The notes beneath the pieces are model-generated. The model made no database searches, had not been told where the DNA came from, and saw nothing but the letters and a program-made list of their open reading frames with translations. The translations under genes and the position numbers were made by a program. From Methylobacter sp. (GTDB lineage Bacteria; Pseudomonadota; Gammaproteobacteria; Methylococcales; Methylomonadaceae): a DNA stretch of 64,000 nucleotides. Shown piece by piece: positions 10,355-18,717 of the stretch (position 1 is the first letter of the stretch; each line of letters starts with the position of its first letter). The DNA lies in the NCBI GenBank assembly GCA_030655535.1, contig JAURVK010000068.1, positions 7,316-71,315 of the forward strand, in the 5' to 3' direction.

Positions 10355-11188
10355 TTAAACGGAAATCGGCGCCTTGATAGGGTCGTGCGTCTGGTAATCG
10401 ACGATTTCAAAATCTTCATAGTGATAATCGAATATCGATTCCGGCCTGCGTTTTATTTTTAATGTCGGCAATGCGTAAGGCTTGCGGGTCAATTGCAAGT
10501 TAGCCTGCTGCTGATGATTCAGGTAAAGATGCACGTCGCCGCCGGTCCAGACAAAATCACCCACTGCCAAATCGCACTGCTGAGCGACCATATGCGTCAA
10601 TAAGGCATAACTGGCTATATTGAACGGCAAACCCAAAAACGTGTCGCAGCTGCGCTGATAGAGCTGACAAGACAGTTTGCCGTCGGCCACATAGAACTGG
10701 AAAAACGCATGACAGGGAGATAGAGCCATTTTGCCCAACGCCACATTTTGCTGGGGGCTGATGCTTTCATCCGGCAAATCCGCGACATTCCAGGCGGAAA
10801 CGATAATCCGGCGGCTGTTCGGCGTGTTTTTAAGTTGTTCGATGACTTGCTGAATCTGGTCGATATGCCGACCGTCGGGTGTGGGCCATGAGCGCCACTG
10901 ATGGCCGTACACCGGGCCTAAATCGCCGTTTTTATCCGCCCATTCGTTCCAGATACTGACGTTATGCTCATGCAGATACGCCAAATTAGTCTCTCCTTTC
11001 AAAAACCACAGCAATTCATATATTATTGATTTTAAATGTGTTTTCTTGGTTGTAACCAGTGGAAAACCTTCCTCCAGCGGAAAGCGCATCTGATGACCGA
11101 AAATGGACAAGGTGCCGCTGCCGGTTCTGTCGCCTTTCAGGCTGCCTTCGGTGATAATTTTATCGAGTAATTCTAAATATTGCTTCAT
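10355..11188 (-). CDS. thyA: Thymidylate synthase
   Basis: DRTG, ELLWFL, PCH, YQRSCD and PFNIASY motifs. Confidence 0.97.
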   Translation of the reverse strand: MKQYLELLDKIITEGSLKGDRTGSGTLSIFGHQMRFPLEEGFPLVTTKKTHLKSIIYELLWFLKGETNLAYLHEHNVSIWNEWADKNGDLGPVYGHQWRSWPTPDGRHIDQIQQVIEQLKNTPNSRRIIVSAWNVADLPDESISPQQNVALGKMALSPCHAFFQFYVADGKLSCQLYQRSCDTFLGLPFNIASYALLTHMVAQQCDLAVGDFVWTGGDVHLYLNHQQQANLQLTRKPYALPTLKIKRRPESIFDYHYEDFEIVDYQTHDPIKAPISV

Positions 11189-11265
11189 GCGATTTTTTCA
11201 TGACTATATGGTTTTTTAACAAAATTTACGGGCATTGTCAGTTATATCGACATTAATTATTCACT

Positions 11266-11439
11266 TACAGCGTTTTCAAATTCAGTTAATTACTAAAATA
11301 TCTACGATGCTTATTGAAACTATAGCGTGCGGGAATGCAAGCTTTGCTTGCCAGCGCAGGCGAAGCCTGCACTCCAGCGACCATGATAACGACATAGCCT
11401 TTTAATGGTTAGTAACTAATTTAAATTGAAAACGCTGTA
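11266..11439. mobile_element. 174-bp MITE with terminal inverted repeats, containing a REP-like doublet
   Basis: TACAGCGTTTTCAAATT...TTAATTACTAA versus TTAGTAACTAA...AATTGAAAACGCTGTA, with TA at both ends; internal palindrome pair at 11329-11378. Confidence 0.75.
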
Positions 11440-11440
11440 T

Positions 11441-11710
11441 GTCGACTCATTTTCGGCTTCACGGAAGGCTTCCAGCCTAACTTCCATACCGCCTGACGCA
11501 GCCAACGTATTAACTATAGGGTTTACCTGTGTAAGCATGGCTTGCTTTTTTTAGCGTGCTGATGACGGTGTTTTTGTTAATCCCCAACACTCGTCCCGTA
11601 TCACGAATGCCGCCGCCATTGATCGCCATCTCCACCACTTGGCGTTTGACTCCAGGAACATAGGCCTTACCGTGTTCTCTATAGCGGATAAAGCCGTCGT
11701 TTTGAAACAC
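11441..11710 (-). pseudogene. IS1-family transposase remnant (InsA-like C-terminus and frameshift region)
   Basis: VVEMAINGGGIRDTGRVLGINKNTVISTLKK is a typical IS1 HTH, followed by an A7 slippery run; truncated next to the MITE. Confidence 0.8.
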
Positions 11711-11719
11711 GCTTAATAG

Positions 11720-12511
11720 TTACTTATTTGGAATACTTGTCTTATGCGCAAAATAAAATAACCCAGCGCCAATCAAGATCATCGGCGTTGACAGAATCTG
11801 CCCCATAGTCACCCAGTCCAAAGCCAAATAACCTAATTGCGCGTCCGGCACTCTGAAAAACTCGACAAAAAACCGGAAGCATCCGTAAAAAAACAGCGCC
11901 ATGCCGGTCGTGGCCATAACCGGCCTGGGTTTGCTGGAATACACCCAGAGGATGACAAACAAGACGAAGCCTTCTAAAAAGGCTTCGTACAATTGCGAAG
12001 GGTGACGGGCTAACGGGCCGCCGGTAGGAAAGACCATGGCCCAGGGTACGTCGGTGGGCCTGCCCCATAATTCGGAATTGATAAAGTTGCCGATACGACC
12101 GGCGCCCAAACCTATAGGCGCCAGCGGCGCGATAATGTCGGTTAGTTGCATCATCGTGCATTGCTGTTTTTTTGCAAACAACCACATGGCGATAAAAACA
12201 CCCAACATGCCGCCATGAAAAGACATGCCGCCTTGCCATATTTTAAACAGGACAAGCGGATTGCTCAGAAATTCACCAAAATTATAAAACAGGATGTAGC
12301 CGATTCTGCCGCCCAGGATCACGCCGAGTGCACCGTAAGTCACCAGATCTTCTATGGCTTCAGGTTTAATCGGCGACCAGGACTGTTCAGCGCGTTTTTG
12401 CCCTATAAACCAGACGGCGGCAAAACCGATCAGGTACATCAATCCGTACCAGTGAATTTTTATCGGGCCTAAGCTAAAGGCAATAGGGTCGATTTGTGGG
12501 AAATTCAGCAT
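11720..12511 (-). CDS. lgt: Prolipoprotein diacylglyceryl transferase
   Basis: HWYGLMY, GGRIGY, GGMSFHGG, GRIGNFIN and HPSQLYE motifs. Confidence 0.97.
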   Translation of the reverse strand: MLNFPQIDPIAFSLGPIKIHWYGLMYLIGFAAVWFIGQKRAEQSWSPIKPEAIEDLVTYGALGVILGGRIGYILFYNFGEFLSNPLVLFKIWQGGMSFHGGMLGVFIAMWLFAKKQQCTMMQLTDIIAPLAPIGLGAGRIGNFINSELWGRPTDVPWAMVFPTGGPLARHPSQLYEAFLEGFVLFVILWVYSSKPRPVMATTGMALFFYGCFRFFVEFFRVPDAQLGYLALDWVTMGQILSTPMILIGAGLFYFAHKTSIPNK

Positions 12512-12514
12512 AAT

Positions 12515-12649
12515 TGTCGTGTGAAATAATTAGTGAAAAAATGGGTATTGATAAATAACACTTTTTTCATTATTTATGTCAACCAATGCGTGCCATTTTG
12601 ACACAAATAATGAAAAATTTCGGAATTTTCGACACTAATAGTGAAAAAA
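12515..12649 (+). repeat. Transposon end with spaced putative TnsB sites
   Basis: Sites at 12523-12541, 12562-12580 (inverted), 12600-12618 and 12631-12649. Confidence 0.75.
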
Positions 12650-13112
12650 TCCATCTCCTAACCTGCTATTTAAATAGAGAAGTCTCTGATTTAAGTTTAA
12701 CTGATTTGGATTGTTGAGGCTTGATGAGTTTTGACCATTTAGAGTAGATCTATCGGGAACTGGCTAGCTAACTAGTTAAATTTTAAATCCTTATTCCCAT
12801 CTAAAATTAAATTCGGTATGTGTAACGGTTTGCGTTTGAAGATCGCCGTGCTCGCATTTAATGCAGTTTCCTGCTCAGAATAACTGCAAATGAAAACAGG
12901 TCATCAAACAATCATTTGTTGGATTGCCTATAGCAGTTCTTGGTTGCGGGGTTGAAGCCAAACAGTAAGAAAACGTCCGGTATAATTCGATTTCAACCCC
13001 TCGAAAAGGTAAAATTAGACCAATGCCTCTTTCTGAGCATCGGGTAGGCATGTGGATTTGTTTAACGAATACTAAGCGCACCTAACTATGTAAATAACCA
13101 TCCAGGATATTC

Positions 13113-13823
13113 ATGACCCGTCGATTCGAAAAAAAGCGCCCCCCATTCATTACGCTGCCTCGGCACAAACGTAGCGATGAGGTCATCCGCCTCAAAGGAC
13201 GAATGAAGCGCGACTCTGACGAATATGGCGGAATGTTCACAAGCCACTTGGTTCTCGATGAACCTGGCCGGCCGGACTTGTACAGTCAGTGGTTTGATTT
13301 CTATTTCCCAGGCCTGGATCGGTTTACGATCTGGAATGCGGCTTTCGTGACTGCACGCAAGGCATTTTGGGATGCGGCCCATGAACTTGCTTACCAACGC
13401 ACGGCTGCAATGTTGACGCCGGAAGAGCATTCGGCTGAGTCCAATATGGAATTCGAGCCCGCGGAATTTTCCAATACCGGCAAAGTCTTGAGCTACCGAC
13501 TGATTGAGCGGAAGAAGATGCAATACGAGAAATTTGGCGGACTGACTTTCTTCGAGCAATGGGAAAAGCTGGAATCCGAGATCGTCCGCGAAGCCCCGCC
13601 GACCATCCATGAGTTTTTCCGTCTTGATCGTAGTTATGCTTATGGTGTCGGACTGTACATCGTTCTCGATGTAAACGTAATCGACCGCACAGCGATTGAA
13701 CAAGCCATTACCAAATTTCGAGCAATAGGTGAAACCGATTGGCAGGCCGTCAATCCAGTGCCGAGTGAACGACTCCCCGTTGTGAGCGAAAAAGAAGCCT
13801 TGGCGGCAATTAATTGCAAATGA
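13113..13823 (+). CDS. Hypothetical protein (transposon cargo)
   Basis: 236-aa ORF with plausible composition, co-oriented upstream of hsdR; no family recognised. Confidence 0.65.
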   Translation: MTRRFEKKRPPFITLPRHKRSDEVIRLKGRMKRDSDEYGGMFTSHLVLDEPGRPDLYSQWFDFYFPGLDRFTIWNAAFVTARKAFWDAAHELAYQRTAAMLTPEEHSAESNMEFEPAEFSNTGKVLSYRLIERKKMQYEKFGGLTFFEQWEKLESEIVREAPPTIHEFFRLDRSYAYGVGLYIVLDVNVIDRTAIEQAITKFRAIGETDWQAVNPVPSERLPVVSEKEALAAINCK

Positions 13824-13952
13824 AAATCAGAAAATAGACGACAATAAGGGGTTTGTACTGTAGAGATTTCGGGGGTGAACTTCGGAATGAGAGCCGCCAC
13901 GCGCTTATAGCAGGGTACTTGACCAACCAAGAGTCATGCTGAAGAAGGAATT

Positions 13953-16406
13953 ATGAGCAAAAAAACCCTGAGCGAATCCGATATTTGCGCTAAGTACATC
14001 ACGCCAGCCGTCATTCAGGCCGGATGGAATGATGCACTTCAGATTCGTCGCGAAGTATTTTTCACTAAAGGGCGCATCATCGTCCGTGGCAAGCTGGTTA
14101 CGCGGGGCAAGGCCAAGCGGGCTGATTACGTCCTGTATTACCAGCACTTTCCGATTGCCCTGATCGAGGCCAAGGACAACAACTGCGCCGTGGGCGACGG
14201 GATGCAGCAGGCGCTGGATTACGCCGTCACGCTGGATATTCCCTTTGTATTCGCATCCAACGGCGACGGCTTCGTGTTTCACGATCGCACCGGCCTGAGC
14301 GCACAAATCGAAACCACGCTGGTCTTAAACGCATTTCCAAACCCAGCCACGTTGTGGGCGCAATACTGCACCTGGAAGGGGCTGGCCCCCGAGCAGGAGA
14401 AGATTGTCCTGCAACCTTATTACGACGACGGCAGCGGCAAGGAACCGCGCTACTACCAGCGCAATGCCATCAACGCCACTGTCGAAGCCATCTCCAAGGG
14501 TCAAAACCGCATTTTGCTGGTCATGGCAACCGGCACCGGCAAGACCTACACTGCTTTTCAGATTATCTGGCGGCTTTGGAAGGCGGGGCAGAAGAAACGC
14601 ATCCTGTTTTTGGCTGACCGCAACGTGCTGATCGACCAGACCATGGTCAACGACTTCCGCCCCTTCGGCGCGGCCATGGCCAAACTCAGCACCGGAGCCA
14701 AAACCATCGAACGGGCTGACGGCAGCGTGGAGGTCATTACGACAGCCATCGATAATAAAGTCCGCCGCATCGACACCGCCTATGAAATCTATCTCGGACT
14801 GTATCAAGCGATCACCGGCCCGGAAGAGCGACAAAAGCTGTTCCGCGAATTTTCGCCCGGCTTCTTCGATCTCATCGTCATCGACGAGTGTCATCGGGGC
14901 AGCGCCGCCGAAGATTCCGCTTGGCGGGAAATCCTCGAATACTTTTCCGATGCCACGCAAATCGGCCTCACCGCCACGCCCAAAGAAACCGAGTATGTTT
15001 CCAATATCCATTACTTCGGCGAACCGGTTTACACCTACTCGCTCAAGCAGGGCATTCGTGACGGCTTCCTTGCCCCCTACAAAGTCATCAAGGTGCATCT
15101 CGATGTGGATGTAGAAGGCTACCGTCCTCAGTCAGGGGAAACCGACCAGTATGGTCACGAAATCGAAGACCGCATCTACAACCAAAAGGATTTTGACCGG
15201 AACCTTGTGATCGACGAACGCACCCAGCGCGTCGCTAAATGGGTGTCAGACTATCTCAAACAAAGTGGCGACCGGTTCCAGAAGACCATTGTCTTCTGCG
15301 TGGATACCGAACACGCCGCCCGGATGCGACTAGCCTTCATCAATGAGAACCAGGACCTCGTCCAACAGAACGCCCGCTACGTCATGCGTATTACCGGCAA
15401 CGATAAGGAGGGGACAGATCAGATCGGTAACTTTATTGACCCGGAAGCCAAATACCCGGTCATCGTCACCACCTCACGCCTGCTTTCCACCGGGGTTGAT
15501 GCGCAAACCTGCCGGTTGATTGTGCTCGATCGTGAAATCGGCTCCATGACCGAGTTCAAGCAGATTGTCGGACGCGGCACCCGTGTTCACGAAGACACCA
15601 AGAAGTATTACTTCACCCTGATTGACTTCCGCAAAGCCACCCATCACTTTGCCGATCCTGAATTCGACGGCGAACCGGTGCAGATTTACGAACCGGGTGA
15701 AAATGATCCGGTTACTCCGCCGGATAATGTGCCGCCGTCAGGAGACGAAGAGCCCATTCCGACTCATCCCGGCGAAGATGAAACCGTGGTGGACGAGCCG
15801 CCCGACATTACCTTACCGCCTGGGACGAACGAGCCTCCCGCCAAGTACTACGTCAAAGGCAAGCCTGTCTCTGTTCTCACCGAGCGGGTGGAATATCTCG
15901 ACGAAAACGGCAAGCTGGTGACTGAATCCCTGCGCGACTATAGCCGCAAGGCTATCCGCCAGCACTTTGCCAGCCTTGATCAATTCCTGCGCCGCTGGAA
16001 ATCAACCGAGCGCAAAGAAGCCATTATTGAAGAATTGGCGGAAGAGGGCTTGCTTCTGGAGCCGTTATTGGAAGAAGTCGGCAAAGACCTCGATCCCTTC
16101 GATCTGATTTGCCACATTGCCTTCGATCAGCCGCCCTTGACCCGGCGCGAACGTGTCAACAATGTCAAAAAACGCGATGTTTTCAACAAATATGGCTTGC
16201 AAGCCCGTGCAGTGCTTGAAGCTTTGCTCGCCAAATATCAGGACGAAGGCATCGTCACCGGTCTCGACAACGTCAAGATTCTGGAAATCCCCCCATTCAA
16301 CACGATGGGAACCCCCATTCAGCTTATCAAGGAATTCGGCACCCGAGCCAGCTTTGAAAATGCTGTCCATGAACTGCAAGCCGCCCTCTATCAGGACATT
16401 GCATGA
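13953..16406 (+). CDS. hsdR: Type I restriction enzyme R subunit (EcoAI/EcoEI-like)
   Basis: ADYVL...IEAK nuclease motif, [19 protein letters not shown] and QIVGRGTR motifs; EcoEI-like C-terminus. Confidence 0.95.
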   Translation: MSKKTLSESDICAKYITPAVIQAGWNDALQIRREVFFTKGRIIVRGKLVTRGKAKRADYVLYYQHFPIALIEAKDNNCAVGDGMQQALDYAVTLDIPFVFASNGDGFVFHDRTGLSAQIETTLVLNAFPNPATLWAQYCTWKGLAPEQEKIVLQPYYDDGSGKEPRYYQRNAINATVEAISKGQNRILLVMATGTGKTYTAFQIIWRLWKAGQKKRILFLADRNVLIDQTMVNDFRPFGAAMAKLSTGAKTIERADGSVEVITTAIDNKVRRIDTAYEIYLGLYQAITGPEERQKLFREFSPGFFDLIVIDECHRGSAAEDSAWREILEYFSDATQIGLTATPKETEYVSNIHYFGEPVYTYSLKQGIRDGFLAPYKVIKVHLDVDVEGYRPQSGETDQYGHEIEDRIYNQKDFDRNLVIDERTQRVAKWVSDYLKQSGDRFQKTIVFCVDTEHAARMRLAFINENQDLVQQNARYVMRITGNDKEGTDQIGNFIDPEAKYPVIVTTSRLLSTGVDAQTCRLIVLDREIGSMTEFKQIVGRGTRVHEDTKKYYFTLIDFRKATHHFADPEFDGEPVQIYEPGENDPVTPPDNVPPSGDEEPIPTHPGEDETVVDEPPDITLPPGTNEPPAKYYVKGKPVSVLTERVEYLDENGKLVTESLRDYSRKAIRQHFASLDQFLRRWKSTERKEAIIEELAEEGLLLEPLLEEVGKDLDPFDLICHIAFDQPPLTRRERVNNVKKRDVFNKYGLQARAVLEALLAKYQDEGIVTGLDNVKILEIPPFNTMGTPIQLIKEFGTRASFENAVHELQAALYQDIA

Positions 16407-16440
16407 CTGAAGCGTTTCACACCAGGAAAGAAGAACAGGT

Positions 16441-17249
16441 CTCACGCCAAGGCGCAAAGACGCCAAGATACAAATTCAACATTTTTACTTTGGCTTTTCT
16501 TGGCTCCTTGGCGCCTTGGCGTGAGCCACCAAATATAATCAGGAGATTGCATGATTGAAGAATTTCACGCCAAGGCGCCAAGACGCCAAGAGCCCAGCGA
16601 GGAAGTTGACCGACTTGCAACCCTAGTCGTCGATGCCTGCGTAAAAATTCACAAGTCGCTGGGTCCCGGACTACTTGAAAGCGTGTATGAACGGATTCTC
16701 GCTCACGAGCTCGAACAAAGGGGGTGCCAAGTAGCCCGGCAGGTTTCCATACCGATCACCTATTGCGGAATGACTTTTGAGGAAGGCTTCCGTGCTGATT
16801 TGCTTGTCAATAAGTTGTTGATCATTGAACTCAAGTCAATAGAAAAACTTCTTCCAGTACACAAGAAGCAGGTGTTAACCTACCTGCGGCTAACCGGCCT
16901 ACATCTCGGTCTGTTAATCAATTTTGGTGAAGAACTAATGAAGACCGGCATTCACCGCATCATTAACAACCGGATGACATGAAAGGGTGACTCACGCCAA
17001 GGCGCAAAGACGCCAAGAAAAGCGTTTTCCTTTGTGTCTTGGCGGCTTGGCGTGAGGCTTTCTTTTTGGCTTCGGAGCGCAACCGGCAATCCATGCCAGC
17101 GACGAATCAATTTTTTTACTTTATCTTCTCTTGGTGCCTTGGCGTGAGTCACCCAGTTATGTCAGCAAGAAACACCGTTAAATCCATTTCAGCAATGAAT
17201 CGATTTTTTTATTTTAACTTTTCTTGGCGCCTTGGCGCCTTGGCGTGAG
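16441..17249. repeat. Cluster of 8-bp-periodic palindrome arms around the GxxExxY gene
   Basis: Left arms YTCACGCCAAGGCGCMAAGACGCCAAG at 16441, 16564 and 16991. Right arms (...CTTGGCGTGAG) end at 16525, 17056, 17148 and 17249. Confidence 0.92.
16551..16982 (+). CDS. GxxExxY protein (PD-(D/E)xK nuclease-like)
   Basis: LGPGLLESVY signature, RADLLV...IIELKS and GLLINFG; SD AGGAG upstream. Confidence 0.93.
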   Translation: MIEEFHAKAPRRQEPSEEVDRLATLVVDACVKIHKSLGPGLLESVYERILAHELEQRGCQVARQVSIPITYCGMTFEEGFRADLLVNKLLIIELKSIEKLLPVHKKQVLTYLRLTGLHLGLLINFGEELMKTGIHRIINNRMT

Positions 17250-17259
17250 TCGTCCAGTT

Positions 17260-18717
17260 ATGTCAGCCAGAAATACCGTTAAATCCATTCAAGACATCAT
17301 GCGGCAGGATGTCGGCGTCGATGGCGACGCTCAGCGTCTTTCCCAGCTGTGCTGGATGTTCTTTCTGAAAATCATCGACGATCAGGATCAGCAATTGGAG
17401 GTGATGCAGGACAACTACCGTTCGCCGATTCCAGAGGCCTTGCAGTGGCGGACGTGGGCAGCCGACCCGGAAGGTATCACTGGCGATTCACTGCTAACCT
17501 TCATCAACACCGAGCTATTTCCAAAGCTCAAGGAACTGCCAACAACAGGCCAGAACGCCAATCGCAGCCGCGTGGTGCGCAGCGTGTTTGAAGATGCCTA
17601 CAACTATATGAAATCCGGCCAACTGCTGCGCCAGGTCATCAACAAAATCAGCGGCGTGGACTTCAACGACTTATCGGAACGCAAGCACTTCGGCGACATT
17701 TACGAACAGCTGCTCAACGACCTGCAAAGTGCGGGCAATGCGGGTGAGTATTACACCCCCCGTGCTGTCACTGCGTTCATGGTGGATCGTATCGACCCCA
17801 AGCCGGGAGAAATCCTGTTCGACCCCTCCTGTGGCACGGGCGGCTTTCTCACCTGTTCCATTCGCCACATGCGCGACCGCTATGTCAAAAAGGTCGAAGA
17901 CGAACAGGCTATGCAGGCCAGCCTGCGCGCCGTGGAGAAGAAACAGCTTCCGCACATGCTCTGCGTTACCAATATGCTGCTGCACGGTATTGAAGACCCC
18001 AGCTTCGTGCGCCATGACAACACCTTGGCACGGCCTTATATCAGCTATGGCCAGGCCGACCGGGTAGACATCATTCTTACCAATCCGCCGTTTGGCGGAA
18101 AGGAAGAAGACGGCATTGATTCCAACTTTCCCCCGCACTTCCGCACCAAGGAAACTGCCGACCTTTTTCTGGCATTGTTCATCCGCCTATTAAAGCCCGG
18201 TGGTCGCGCCGCCATCGTGTTGCCCGACGGCTCATTGTTTGGCGAAGGTGTCAAAACCCGCCTCAAGGAACACCTGCTGGAGGAGTGCAACCTGCACACC
18301 ATCGTGCGCCTGCCCAACAGCGTGTTCAAACCCTACGCAAGCATCGGCACCAACCTGCTGTTCTTCGAGAAGGGCGAGCCGACCAAAGACATCTGGTTCT
18401 ACGAACACCGTGTGCCGGAAGGCCAGAAGGCCTATTCGATGACCAGACCCATTCGCATCGAGCATCTGCAAGGTTGCGTGGACTGGTGGGGCGGGCCGGA
18501 ACGCCGAGACCGGCAGCAAACCGAAGTCGCTTGGAAAGTTAACTTAGATGAGATCAAAGCTCGTAACTACAACCTCGACTTCAAGAATCCGCATACCGTG
18601 GCCGATGACCATGGTGACCCGCAAGAGCTGCTGGCCAAGTTGGAAAAAGACGAACAGAAAGCCGCCAGTCTGCGCGATCAGCTCAAGTCTATTCTGGCTA
18701 AGGCGTTGCTGCGATGA
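17260..18717 (+). CDS. hsdM: Type I R-M methyltransferase subunit
   Basis: GEYYTPR, DPSCGTGGFL and NPPF motifs; start at MSARNTVKSIQDIMRQD (17260), not 17224. Confidence 0.95.
   Translation: MSARNTVKSIQDIMRQDVGVDGDAQRLSQLCWMFFLKIIDDQDQQLEVMQDNYRSPIPEALQWRTWAADPEGITGDSLLTFINTELFPKLKELPTTGQNANRSRVVRSVFEDAYNYMKSGQLLRQVINKISGVDFNDLSERKHFGDIYEQLLNDLQSAGNAGEYYTPRAVTAFMVDRIDPKPGEILFDPSCGTGGFLTCSIRHMRDRYVKKVEDEQAMQASLRAVEKKQLPHMLCVTNMLLHGIEDPSFVRHDNTLARPYISYGQADRVDIILTNPPFGGKEEDGIDSNFPPHFRTKETADLFLALFIRLLKPGGRAAIVLPDGSLFGEGVKTRLKEHLLEECNLHTIVRLPNSVFKPYASIGTNLLFFEKGEPTKDIWFYEHRVPEGQKAYSMTRPIRIEHLQGCVDWWGGPERRDRQQTEVAWKVNLDEIKARNYNLDFKNPHTVADDHGDPQELLAKLEKDEQKAASLRDQLKSILAKALLR

Noticed and set aside
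16441-17249. Palindrome arms as a CRISPR array
   Set aside because: Arms alternate in orientation, spacing is irregular, copies lie within CDSs, and no cas genes are present.
17224-17259. ORF-track N-terminal extension of HsdM
   Set aside because: It is translated palindrome arm; homology starts at the ATG at 17260.
13086-18519. Long antisense ORFs (13086-13703, 14325-15098, 17671-18138 and others)
   Set aside because: They are shadows of well-supported genes on the opposite strand, with no recognisable motifs.
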